DNA from: Hamiltosporidium tvaerminnensis FI-OER-3-3
Lineage: Eukaryota; Fungi; Microsporidia
Assembly (NCBI GenBank): GCA_022605425.2
Contig: CM061248.1
Location: 868,001-932,000, forward strand
Direction: 5' to 3'
Length of the DNA: 64,000 nucleotides
Shown: positions 40,243 through 53,400 of the stretch, one piece after another
How positions within the stretch are numbered: position 1 is the first letter of the stretch
Layout: every line of letters begins with the position of its first letter
Made by a program: the position numbers and the translations under genes
The notes under the pieces: model-generated
Seen by the model: the letters and a program-made list of their open reading frames with translations, nothing else
What the model was told of the DNA's origin: nothing
Database searches by the model: none

Positions 40243-40953
40243 TAAAGAGAAGATAACCGCGTATAAAACCATCGTTTTGGCAATGAGTATTTGAAATTGA
40301 TATGAAGCTCAATGTTTAGATTTAGGTGGGATAAAAAAACATTGCAAATATGGTTGTTTCATGAAAGTTTGTATGAGGAGGAAAAAGTCTATGAAATGAC
40401 GAAACTTCTTTTACAAATTTATTTTGTAGTTTATGTACTGGGTTGAAGACTTCTGCTAATTTGTAGGTAATTTCTATGTCAAAGCATAGAACCTAGCCTT
40501 GCCACTAAGAAAGGAAGACCTAGCGCATATGAAATATAATATAAATCCCGTTAAAACCATTAAAGCTAAGTAGCAGGTTATACCTGTATATGACATTAGA
40601 CAGTCTAGTTGAACCTAATTTAAGTCGCGAGATATATCTTAGTCCGAAGCTTATGAGGCTCGGGAAGTGTAGATTAAGTAGGAAGGCTACATAATCTGGG
40701 GAAGCCAAAGTAAGGTTTCGACCACGACCATACACTATATAGACATTAACAAACCCAAGGCAACTGCCTCCTCATGTTTTTACTTCTTTACACTTTTTAG
40801 ATGAAATGCTTTGAGGCATAGGTATTTTAGGGGGTATCGATAAAGTTTTGGGATAGCAGTTGTTTATATTAAACCTAGAAGTGAGTAAAGTCCATAAAAA
40901 CAAATATAACACCTACCCAATGTTTTAATAAAATGTTAATTTTTTAAGTAAAG
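40243..40953 (+). mobile_element. SINE-like repeat, copy 6
   Basis: Homologous throughout; flanked by TATTCTTTGG(T) 40233 / TATTATTTGG(T) 40954 (1 mismatch); ends TTTTAAGTAAAG. Confidence 0.85.
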
Positions 40954-41068
40954 TATTATTTGGTTAAAATTATACAAAAAAATATCATAATTCATTTTCT
41001 AATAATGCAATAAATGCAAATTTGCTAATATATCATCCTTGGAATAATACTGATAAAGCCTTTAAATA

Positions 41069-41789
41069 TAAAATTTAACTAAGGACATCACATTTATTAC
41101 AACAGTGGCAAGTGTAAAATTTTTTTATGTTATCGCTTTATTAGTTTCAACGTGAGATTGCACTCAAAATTATATGAGTATTCCTGAGATACCTATATAC
41201 CAAAGCCAGTCATTAAGAAATGTCTAGAATCCATGCAGTAGGCGATGCAATTGCGCTTGGTTTTTTTAAATTCCGGTGGTTGGTGGGTATTGCAGAGCGA
41301 AACCCGTTTATGGTTTATCCAGGACTAGAGATATTTTAAACTAATCACACCTTGCAAACCAAATAGATTCCCAGGTAATGTATGTCTGCGCAAATCGCAT
41401 CGAATCTAATGAAATTTTTCAATTTCATAACAAAAAGTGCATCCTGCTACCTTTTATTTCTGGATTTTTAAATGGTATGTTTTTTTCATATTTCCAGACT
41501 CTAGGTTTTCTAAACATAGTGAGCAAGGTTAGATTTCCTTACTTTTGCGTAGTGATTAGCAAAAACTCTAGTGGATTTTTACAATTAGCCACATAAAAAT
41601 CTTTAAAATAAATTTGTAAAAAAAGTTTCACAATTTAATTTACGTCTCCCGCCTGTGAAAAGTATCATGCTTCTATCAAAATATATCGTAATTTTCATCC
41701 TAATTAAATACAAACAAGAGGCGCTACTGCAACCTCACATACTCATTGCCAAGCAGATAGTTTGTTTTTGTGTTCTGCTCATTAATTAA
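41069..41789 (-). mobile_element. SINE-like repeat, copy 7 (old, diverged; inverted relative to copy 6)
   Basis: catcacat, gtggcaagtgt, gtgagcaagg, actcattgccaagcagatag; flanks CCTTTAAATA 41059 / CCTTTAAAGA 41790 (9/10). Confidence 0.75.
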
Positions 41790-43309
41790 CCTTTAAAGAA
41801 AACATGTTTAGTATTTAAATCATATAAGATTTGGGTTTGCCAATATATATTCGTACATTTTATCAAATTGGTTTTTGATTTTTTTTTATAATATCTTTCT
41901 TTACATAATCGATAGATTTCATAAACTATAGAGATGGCGGTGACAAGCACTTCGGAAAGTCTAATTATTTTTAACAGTGTAAGGCAAAAATAATAGTTTC
42001 TTTGATGAATAAAATGACTCTTAAGATTTTTTCATTGATTTTACATGCCAATAAAGGTGAGCCAGAGTAGAATATAAATATTTTGGACCGTTTATAAAGC
42101 GTAAAAAATATTGAACTAAATGTTGTCAAAAGTCCTTTAAAAATTGAAATAAATTATACTAAAAGAATTAATGAACAATTTTTATTTTTTTAAAATATGA
42201 TTTGATTAAAATCAAGTTTTTCATAATTTATTTTTAAGTTTTTTTTACGAATAAAAAAACAATTGTATGTCATGAAAAAGCATTTAATACATTTTATCGA
42301 TGCCATTTCTTCATATTATTGATAGAGATTTAACAAAACAAAAAGGCTTCGAATAATTCAATAATTCTATACCTGTTTAAATTACAATAGTTCAATAAAG
42401 AAATAAAGAAGTTATATATTTATTTAATAAACTATTACATCATGCTGCTCATAAAAAATGTTTTTGACAGACTAAGAAAACACTTCACACGAATAAATAC
42501 TAAAGAAAAAATGTATGCGATAAAAATATATAATAAATAAAATGCAAAAGAAAGGATATAGTAAGTTAAAGCTTTACAAAACCAAAAGCATATGTGAGCA
42601 GAAGAGTAAAATTATTCATATTATAAAAGCTCCGGAGGTTTTACTATAAATTAATTCAAGAAAACAAAGCTGCAGATATAAAAGACTAAAAAATATACCA
42701 AGAAAAAGATCAGGTGAGGTTATTAAAAGCAAAAAGAAAAAAAGTTAGCAATTATAGCTCTGAAAATTATATTTTGGATGCTAATCGACTTTATTTTTAT
42801 GTTATCTATTTAACGTAAATTTAAGTCTGTTTCTACAGGCTAAACAATCCAATTGTAATAATGTAAAAAACGCAAAGAAAAGAACTGATATAAAACGAAT
42901 TATCATTTTGATTTTAAGAACGATCTAGTTTTTAATTTTTTTTAAAGGAGAGAAATTCTAGAAAAAAATAAAATCTAATTTTTTAGTATTAGCAACATAT
43001 AGCCTATGATGTGTGTAAATACCTGTCAATTCTTTTTTCTTTAAATTAAAAAGAAAAATCGAACGTTAAAAAAAATCTTCGTATTTTATTTAAAGTTCGT
43101 AAAACCATATTAGAAATCCACGAATCTTGGTATTAAGAGTTTTTTAAGTCTTTGTTCTTTAAATTGTTTCAAATTAGATAAAAGAAAAAAATTTAGATAA
43201 ATTTAGTACATTTTTTAATCTTTATAAAAGAAAAATGAAAGTTTTTAATTTCAACGAAAGTAGTAAATTGATTTTGGAACATATAAATACGATTTTTTTT
43301 CTAAAATCC

Positions 43310-45624
43310 ATGAAATTTAATCAATGCTTTAGTTACATAAAGTTATTTTATAAATCATTCTTTTCATGTATATTAATCATTCGAGGGAAATGAATGTAGT
43401 ATTTAATACATTAAATGATACTAAAGAAACTATTTGTGAATTAATGTATAAACAATTCTCAACGAAATGTTTTAATAAAATTAAAAGAGATGTGCTGCCT
43501 GAAAGAAACGACTCAATTTACATAGAAAAAATGGCTATTGGAAATGTTAATTGGCAATATGATAAGTATACTATAAAAAATATTGAACGAATTGGTTTGG
43601 AGTTTGGTGTATTTGAAAGATTTAAAGATATTAGTGAAAATGTTAAAATATTTCTATGTAAACATATAATGAAAGTTGATTTCCTAGCTTATTATGAACA
43701 TTTACTTTCATATAATTTCCCGGTATATAGAATCACTATTGAGAAGTTTTACACAATAATTGATTTTTTAGAATATTTAAGAGTTAAACACGATAATAAA
43801 TTGCGAAATGTGATAAAAATAATTTGGTATTCATTAGTAAAATCCGAGGAAATAAACAATTTTGATATTGAAAAGGTTTCGTTTCATTTCTCAAAACAAG
43901 ACTATTTTTCACATAAAATGTTCAAAAAAATATCACGGGAATATTTTAAAGTTATAAAATTTGAAATGAATACGTTCGATTCATTTTTTAGTAAAAAAGA
44001 AATAAAATAATTTCTAATAAAAGTAAAGGTTTATATACCATAGAAGGAAAGCATGTTTTAACAATAATTAATTACAAATTTGATTTATTTTTTTCTAAAA
44101 AAGTGGTTGTGCATCCAAAAAGCAAAAGTTTATTTTTAATTTTTTTAAATACATTAGATATAAAGTATTTACATATTTGCGATATATGCATAATAAGTTC
44201 GAAAGCGCTTTGTATTATTTTAGAAAATCTAAAAAAGAGAATAGATGAGATCGTATTCGTTCAGTGTTATATATCTGATTAAACTATTATATCTCTAAAT
44301 AATACTAATTTAAATTTTGTGAATTTGGAAAAAAATTGTTTTTATAGAATGTGTGATAGAAACAAGTCTGGTTTTTTCTGATCCTTTGGGCGAAATAAAT
44401 GAACTAGTGTTTTATGTAGATAATGCTGCAAAAAACAATTATTCAGTTCATGAAATCAAGGTTATAAAAAATCTTGATATAGTGGAGAATATAGTAGAAA
44501 TCCTTAAACGTACATACCATAAATCCACTCCAGAAGAATTAATCAGTCAAAATAGTAATATACTTGATAAAAATAAAGATTTTTATTTAAGGCTACTTAA
44601 TGACGAGAAATCCAAAGCCAAATTTAAAATATTTGAATCCTTTGTTTATGTATCTTCTTATTTGAGCCTCCGGTATTTCTATCAATATAATGGATGTTAC
44701 AATAAAATTTCAATTACTTTAAGTAGGTTAAATTCGAAAGAAATTTTTAAAAGCAAAGATACTATCATTGATAAAAATACTAAATGCATTAAAATTGCAT
44801 CTTCAACAATAACATCTATCTTTCTAAATGACATTTTAAGTGTTATTGGACTTGAAAATCTAGGAATAAATTATTCAGATATATTATTCGAAAATGATAT
44901 TTGTGTTAAGAACAAACCTATCAAATGTTTTGATTTCTGGCTTAAAACACGCCAGGCGTCAGGCTATTTTATCGAATTAATAAATATGATGATAGGTCTC
45001 GTAGAAGCATCCTTAACATGGATCAATTCTTTAAAGTTAAGCCGGTCATTAAGTCAGTTTTTTTATATTACAGAATTAGAGGTCTCAGAAGTTAGCAAAA
45101 TGATTTACGTTTTAAAAATTTTAGCTAATAATTTAGCATTTGATTTCAAATCTGCAAATAACGACATTTCAGATATTAATTGTCCTTCGGATTCATTAAA
45201 GTTTTTATTTGAAAATTATGATTTAAGCAGTATAAATAAACTGAGTCTTTATGATTTTTGTGTTACTAAATCAAATTTAAAAGCATTTAGTAATTTACTA
45301 AATTTAAAAGAATTAAACTTTTTTAGAATTAATTTTGAAACTATTTCTCTTTCAGAATTATTTTGTGCATCACGGGAATATAACATAAAAAGAATGAAGT
45401 TAGAAAGGATATATATAGCTGCCAAAGATTTAATATTTATTGCGAATTTAAATAACCTTAAAGAACTTGAATTTGAAGGATGTTATATCCAGCAGAAGAC
45501 TTATCTCCACTGTATAAAAATGTTGTTTTTAAATGAATTTTATATCGAACTTATATGTAGTTATTTATCAGAAGAAATAATTCAAGTTATAAAAGAAGAT
45601 TTAAAGTTAAAAATAGCGATATAA
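43310..45624 (+). CDS. Lineage-specific LRR-like family protein, frameshifted (pieces 43310, 43366-44010, 44353-45624)
   Basis: LRR-like units near the C-terminus (LSSINKLSL, NLLNLKELNF, NLNNLKELEF); hydrophobic MKFN N-terminus; paralogous to 63154. Pseudogene versus consensus errors unresolved. Confidence 0.7.
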
Positions 45625-46199
45625 ATGTGATACAAGGCTTCGGGATATCAAAATATATATATTTGTAGCTTCGTTGAAATATTAATAAATTTGGATTTAT
45701 AAAAATTTGTTATAGAATAAAGTTTAATAGTAAGTAATTAAAATTTTATGTTTATAACGAAAAAACCACGGTAGAACTATTTTTGGCTTTCTAACACGAT
45801 AAAATACAGAATTCTTTAGCTTATTTATTTGTAAGAATAAAACAAAATTCACAAGTCAAAGGAATAGCGTGTTTCGTAAAGATTTTTAAGCTATTATATT
45901 TTGATTAGAAAGTTTTTAATCGAACACAAACCTTCTTTTTTGATGATCAAAGGGTTTACCGTTGATTAATCCGCATTCTGTTGTAAAAAAATTTCGATTT
46001 TCGAGACACTATAATTAGCAGTCAATTAGAGGAGACTGCCATTAAATTATTATTTATTTAATTAAATTTTGTTAAATCAAATTTCCCTTTTTTATATATT
46101 GTCTTTTGCCTGTTAAATGACAATTCCTCGGTGTTATCATCTGATTTTTCTTTTATATTTATTTTCGATTCTCATAGTGTAGTTTTTCCATTTAAAATT

Positions 46200-46900
46200 A
46201 TAATAGGCTTAAATTTCATTTCCATTTGTTAAACGAAATATTCCTGGTTAATCCCTCGTTTTAGAGCTAGATGTTGGTTCCTCGTGTATCTCAAGTTTTT
46301 TAATTCCCTTACCAAGGCTTTTTTTCCGGGTGCTCTTCGATTTTTATCCGCCTCATGTATTCTTCGTGATTAATAAAAAAAATCCAAACTTCCTTAAGCG
46401 TAAGTTAACTATGTGAATGCCTTAACTCCTATGAGTATTCGTACTCTGTAGTATATATTTTGTAAACTTGGCCACAATACCTACCCATGCTAGTCAATAA
46501 AGATTAAATCGCCACAAAGGTTATAAAAATACTAAAATCGTTTTATTACAAGTCATTTTACCCTGTTTTTTTCCTTTCACTATTTGACGTGACTCTTTAG
46601 AGGTCATTCATTCTTTGATAACTGAGGTCATATTTTGTCTTATTATCGGAAAAAAAGTTATGATATATGGACTGGATCCTAAATAAAAAGTTTATTATAC
46701 TGTTAGTCTCATTTTATCATATTTGTTTGATGTAATTTCTTGAGTGGAATGTACCAATTCGCTTTTTATACAATCTTATATCTTCGAACAGTATTGGGCT
46801 ACGTATTATAGCATTATATTTTACTTCTATTAAAGTAATATCTGAACATTTTCTGACCTCGAGGTGCTAGATTATTTGCTTTTACCAAAAAAATCAGGAT
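46200..46900 (-). mobile_element. Very decayed 3' fragment of the RLE LINE
   Basis: AWVGIVAKF (cf. TWDGIVTKY) at ~46490; ttggttcctc.tg.atct matches 17126. Confidence 0.5.
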
Positions 46901-47100
46901 TAAAAATATTCCTTTCTTTTTTCATATATATTTGTTTCCTGGTGCAGCAGAAAAGAGCTGCCGCTAGCAGCTTAGTATTCACTTTCTTTTATATCTTGGA
47001 AATAAAAATAAAATTACATACTCGTTTGGTTCTGGAATAAAAAACTTCACATAAAATGTCTATTTTTGCATATTTTCATATATATTTTTAAAATAAAGAC

Positions 47101-47789
47101 ATCAAAAACGTTCGGCTTGACAATGAGTGTGTGAAACAGGTGTGAGGTCATTGTTTGGATTTTTGGTAGAAATACAACCACACTATATCTTCGGTTTTTC
47201 CACTGAGTTTTTTTGAGGGGAAGAGGTCTAAGAAATGGAGAAACTTTTTCCACAAATTTATTTGTAGTTTTTTATGTAACCAGATTGCAGACCGCAGCTA
47301 AACATGTAGGTAATTGCCATGTAAAAGTATGGAAACTTAGCCTTGCTCACTCGGGTTAGAATACTTAGCGCCTGGGAGATATAAAAATAAAAACCATTAA
47401 AAGCTGAGAGAGCTAAGTAGCAGGTTATACCTGTTGCTATGACATTGCACTGTCTAGGTGGACCCCATGTAAATCTCTGAAATATCTGCGCTAGAAGTTT
47501 ATTGGGTTCAGGAAGTGTAGAGTAAGTGACATTCTGCATAGTCTTGGGCCTGGGGGTTTGCCCTTCGATCACACACCATGCAACGGACATTAACAAACTC
47601 CGGGCAACTTCCTCTCCTGGTAATTAGGTTCTACACACTTGGTAGATAAAAGGCTTTGGGATAGAGGTATCGCAGGGGTTATCGATGGAATTTTGGGGTA
47701 GCAGTTATTTATGTTAAACCTAGAACTGCGTTAATGTCATAAAAACAAATATAACACTTGCCACTATTTTAAAAAGATCTGATACTTTT
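47101..47789 (+). mobile_element. SINE-like repeat, copy 8 (about 20 nt 5'-truncated)
   Basis: Lacks the GGATAACC head yet has a perfect 10-bp flanking repeat AAATAAAGAC (47091-47100 / 47790-47799) that overlaps the consensus 3' AAATAAAG. Confidence 0.88.
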
Positions 47790-47889
47790 AAATAAAGACT
47801 TATTATATAATTTTAAACAAATTTCTTTTTTGGATCTTGATTACACAGAATAAAAGAAATAATCACATACCGCTTTTAAATCCCAATTA

Positions 47890-49345
47890 AATATTATTAT
47901 AGGTTAATAGTTCTTCATTTTAAATATTTTTTTCCACTATTTTACACTTCAAAATCTTCCTCTTAATTCGACACCGTATTCATGTTTATTAATGGTTCCT
48001 CCGCATGGTTATGCCATGTAAAATATTACAGAATAAAAATTTGTATTAGGTCGTTAGACACTATATTCTGCTTATTCATTTGCTTAAAAGTAATTTATGG
48101 CTGTTTATGCGACTCGGCTCTATAATAACACACGATGACGCACTTTATAGCTCTCTTAAGATTTTAGTTCCGACTTAAGTTTTCTTCGTCGATCAAAAGA
48201 AATTGACCGACCATCGTCATATAAACTATCAATTGTATGTATTCCTCTACATCCATAAGATATTTGCAGTCTTTTAAGAAACGTCTTGTGGTATTTTTTT
48301 ACAATATCGTCCTAGATCATCTCTTACAGAAGTATCTCCTAACTAATTTATAGTTAAGACTTAACTCATTTCTAATAGGTCATAATTATTAAGCTTCTCC
48401 GTTTTAACTATTTGAAGTGAATCTTAGAAAGTAAAACATACTTAAATGAGGTTCATATATTCCATCTTCTGTCCAAAAATAATATACCAGGCTTATTATT
48501 CCAACTTTCGGCATCAGTTGTTATCCTATTGTCTATACCTGCTTTTGCCTTCTGGTTATTATGAATTTTTTGAACTGAGTAATTCCTAATGCGTTTGAAG
48601 GTTTATATTTATATCATTTTATTAGGAAAAAAGGCATGTATCGTGTTTCTTCAGTATTTTGTTTAGTTTAGTCATGACCAACTAATTTTTCTAATCTCGT
48701 TGCTTAACTTTCTACTGTTTACCAAATTTATTACAGTGTTTAACATACTTTTTGCCCCCAGGAATATATTTTGGCTTAGATATAGCAGCAAAACAGTTTC
48801 TTATATCACATTTTCTCGCCATTTAGATGGATCAATAACAATTAAAAGCTCCTTTTATTTTACGTATATAAATTTTTATAAGGTTTTCGTTTTTTTAATT
48901 TAATGTAGAATTTTGCAAGTTGAGAAGCTACAGAATTATTTTATCTACTTATAAATTAAATCAAAGAAGTTTCTAAAAAACAATATGGAAATTTTTTGTA
49001 TTATTAGCTTAAGGATTTATGGTCTTCAGAATTATATTTCTTAACCTTTTTTTACCAAATAATTCTATACCGGCAGAATCATATTGTAACTTCGACTCAA
49101 ATTGTAAGGCTACTTCCAAGTTCCGAATCAAAAAGGTAAACTCTCTTTCCAACTAGTCCGAAGTGTAATTTTTTTCGAACATCGCACACACTACATCATT
49201 CAACTTAAGAGTGCACAACCTGTTCAAGTCAAATCAGTTCTATATGATAGTTAATTAACGATATTGATATTGTTAATTTGCAAAAATAACATGGTTTTTG
49301 ATGCTATCTCTATACGACAAAGCTTTTCGCCCTTTCTATTTGCTT
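47890..49345 (-). mobile_element. Decayed 5'-truncated copy of the RLE LINE
   Basis: Collinear DNA similarity to 16980-18400 (tcttcgtcgatcaaa, aactatttgaagtgaatctt, ttccaagttc, tagtt.attaacgatat). Confidence 0.8.
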
Positions 49346-49590
49346 TCTCAATGCCTATTATAATGATTAACAGGAAAATCACCTTTGATATCTTTTATAT
49401 GCTCATCTATTGAAAAAATCAACTTTTAAACAAAATGGGGGTAAAATTACGACACGGTTTTTTTGTCTTAGATCTCCCAGTTTTAATTCTAATAATAATA
49501 ACAGTTAAAAACCATTATTCGTCAGCTCATGTAAAAATAGCAACAATAAAATATATAAAAAGAAAAAAATATATCAACTCAATAGAAGTT

Positions 49591-50115
49591 TTAATTTTTT
49601 ACCAAAATATTTAAAAAAATGCTTAGCATAAAAATATTCACCAGTATAAAAAAAATGGATAGACCAAACACTAGATAATTGAAATCTTTACTTCCTCTCA
49701 TATACTTGTAAAATATAAATAGAATTATCATATAGTAAAGGGAAAAAACGGTTGTAAAAATATCATTATTATTTGACACTACTGATAAAGATATGAAAAG
49801 TGTATTTTCAATCAAAACCATGAAAATATATTTAAATTCTAGCTTTAAAACGCAAATGTAGTTTCGATGACTATTAGATGATTCAAAATTCAAAATTCGA
49901 AGGCTATTATCATTATCGAATTCTGGTATGATCGATGGCTGAATCAGTGTTCGTTCGGCTAGAGAATAGGTAGTAACAACAATATTGTTATTTATACGAT
50001 TTTGGTCAAGTTTGCTAATACTCTGTTCACTTGTTGATTGAAAAGCATTTGCTCTTGTTCCATTCCTATAGCTTTCATTTTCAGATATACTACTTAAAAT
50101 CCGACACCTAATCAC
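49591..50115 (-). CDS. Small protein with about 3 C-terminal TM segments; paralogue of 39293; start codon appears to be GTG
   Basis: Open frame; the GTG at 50115 aligns with the ATG of the 39.3-kb paralogue; shared upstream attgattttttgacag-like motif. Confidence 0.65.
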   Translation of the reverse strand: MIRCRILSSISENESYRNGTRANAFQSTSEQSISKLDQNRINNNIVVTTYSLAERTLIQPSIIPEFDNDNSLRILNFESSNSHRNYICVLKLEFKYIFMVLIENTLFISLSVVSNNNDIFTTVFSLYYMIILFIFYKYMRGSKDFNYLVFGLSIFFILVNIFMLSIFLNILVKN

Positions 50116-50439
50116 CCCCAACGATTTATTTGTTACTATATATTACTGTCAAAAAAATCAATTCTAATTTATTTAATGTTACCTCGATTTCCTTTTTTTA
50201 TCGCATATTATTAATTAAAAAAGATAAAGGTTTTTTTATCATAGCTTCAAAATTAAATTTAATAAGCTTTGTCTACAATGATTTTAATCTATAACTGCAA
50301 ATGAGGACTTTCTTTGAACAGTAAAATAAATTATCCTCAGATAGCAATCTTCTTATTAAAAGATTAACTTAATAAATAAATTTTATACAAGTTTAGTTGT
50401 TTTTCGTTACCCAGTAAATACACTTTTTATCTTTCGTTC

Positions 50440-53400
50440 GTAAAGTTTGCGCTAGGCTGACAACCTAATCAATCAATGGTAATTTGTCTTTAGAAAGCCG
50501 ATAACACCGCGAAGTTATGATTCATCGTTGAATTGTGTTCAATCCGTAGAACAGAACGACTTATTAAAAAAAAGTTGGCTATTTCGTTATGTTTTGGATT
50601 GCTTTATTTAGCATAAAAATCTTTTTATCAGTTTTTTCTTTACTATAGATAGTTTTTGTATGTTTTGCTTTTGTTTGGTTTTTTCCATCTCAGAAACAAA
50701 TATTGTAAAAATGGTGTTCTTTTTTAAAGAGCGCGTTCTATTCACCAAATTACTCGTAAAATGTTTACTATTATGTTCCGAAGACTCTAATCGCAAAACA
50801 AGAAGTATATAAAAAGGCCTGGTATCATGCAAGAAGATGCTTTATTGAAACCTAGATAATTTGAAAGTAAAATATATTAGGAAAGTTTCGAGTATTTATC
50901 TTGCAAAGATCTCCCCGAGAATGCCTAAGAAGCAAAACCTATCACTTCGAAAAAAAATGTTTACGAAAACCAAGTGAAACCATAATTTAAGATGAGCAGT
51001 TTAGGTGATCTTCAATTGCTCTTATTTAAAAGAAAGACGATGGAAATCTTTAAGAAAAAAAATGAGAAATATGAGAGTAGAGAGAGATACCTAAAAGATA
51101 AACTATGTTTTGTTATGTTATACTAAAGTTGCTTTTTTCTCCTGTTATCTAGGCATGAAACATCGAGCTTCGTGTCAAACGTAACAAAATTTTAATCTAC
51201 AGTAAAAAGAAAAAGACAACTTGTATACATATGATTAGTGTTTGGTTTCATTTGTTCGGGTATTAATCAGGTCATTTCATTCATTTGATCGGTCTTCGGA
51301 TATCATTTATCTGTTATACAAAGAAAATTCACCGAATATTGCAAAATTATATTTCAAAAAAGCTGCGATTCTTCCTGTATACTTTATGAAATTCTACAAG
51401 TCTTGTGTTTGGAATGACCCTTTGGGTCTAAACTTAGTATTATAATCAGCTATCTGATACTCGAATTTAGACCAAAGCAAAGTTCTGAGATTTAGCCTAT
51501 ATATTTCAAACTTGTATAAGCCGAAGTGAGAAATTGTGACGAAAGTTGTAAGTAACAGAGTGAAATACCAGGGTTCTATCAGATACTCAGTTGGGTGCAG
51601 TGAGAAGAAAAGTACAACGTCATCAGCATTTCTTTAATACAGAAAATGAGAACATCCTTTGACAACATTGGACTATGGAAAAACTGATTAGAATCAGTAC
51701 TTTATAGTTATCTAATAGAATACATCGAAAGATTTATTTCCTGAGTAGATACAATTCTTGGTAAAAAGAATGAACTCGAAAATTAAATTAGAAAGGTAAA
51801 AAATTATGAAAAAGAACATATTAAAGAAAATAGTACTTTGCTATATGTATTTACCTTATTTTTTTGTGTTTTATATGTATTTTTTAAGCCAAAAGCCCAC
51901 CGGTAAATACAAAAAGCTGACAATAGAAACAGATCAGAATTCACTAATTATTTATATTAAATTTATTTTTGATTTCAACATCCTAGCAAAAATTAAATAA
52001 AAATCAAAAAAGACTGAGAAGAGTAAAATACTAAGAAAAATATGGGATTAGAAACATACAGAGAGAATTAAGCCCCAAACGATCCATTCTCATAAAATAA
52101 AGCACCTCATCTTGAATAATAACTGCTTGAAACTACCCTGTAGTAATAAAATATATCATTGGTACCCCAGCAAGCAGTTCATTTAAAAATAAAATATCAA
52201 ACCGTTTAAGGATTAGAGAAATTTTATAAGATTGAATTCAATTAAGAAATATATTCTAAGCAATCAAGAACCAGGAAACCTTTTCTATAACGCATCGTAT
52301 ATCTGTACTATGGCTTCGACCAGGCGAATTTTTGAATTTGAAAGAATCAAAGTGCCTTGCTAATTAAGAAAAAAATACATCAATCATAACTATGTAAAGA
52401 ACTTCTAAATGTCCAGCTGAAAATATTGAAGACTTTAAGTCAGTATAGAGTTCAAAGTAAAAATATAATCAAAGCTACTTTCCGATAATCAAAGATAGAA
52501 AGAAACATCATAAAAAAAGCAGAAATTCTACGTGGTAGAGAAATACCAAACATGATATTGTACTTATATAAAACTTCTTAAAGGTGAAATAATATTATAA
52601 ATGAAAATTCGAGGAATGAGATGAAGAAGCTTAGTCACTTAACTTATTAAAGAAATAACAATATAAAACCAATATGAAAATGACATTATCTATGAAAAAA
52701 AGGGCTAGGTTAGGTAAATTACTCCCTAATATGGTCAAGAAATCATTCTAAAGACCACATGAGAAGAGTATTCTATATATTTTAAGTATATATGTATTAT
52801 GGTCAGCTTATATATATGTAACATCGTAGTCAGTCATTAAACATTACGCTTTTAGCAACAAAACGATAAAAAGGATGAGATTGTTATAACGTCTCGCCCG
52901 CTATCAAAATTAAACCAATCTTTGATAGATACTACTTCTATTTTCGAAATATCTATTTGCAACAAGTAACTAAGATTTGTTTAGAAATATTTTTTCTCAA
53001 AAAAAGTAGTATTGTTTTTAGAGTTCTTATATTCCTTACCCTTTTCTATCATTGATAAGTTAAATATGATATAATTTTATACTTATTAAAAAATTATTGA
53101 TTAATTATTATGTAGTAGAATTTCATTTTTAAGAAAATTCGACGGCATAAGGAATGGTTAGATATCTCGAGCATCTATGTATTTGCATATAGATTAAGCT
53201 TATAAAAAAATAGGTCTAAATCCATTAAATGACTTTTTGAAACCGAGTTAGAGGTAGAAAAGAGAAATACAGATAAAACAGATATCGATTGTTGCAATAA
53301 AGGATTTATAAATTTATTTTTGATAAGAGCAAAAATAGATGATCCACATGGAGTGAAATAAGAACTAGAGAAATATTTTAAATGATTTAACAGAGAAACG

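Noticed and set aside
14615-47596. ORFs inside repeat copies (14615, 15077, 15103, 40520, 41378, 47047, 47258)
   Set aside because: Frames and strands differ between copies and there are no protein motifs.
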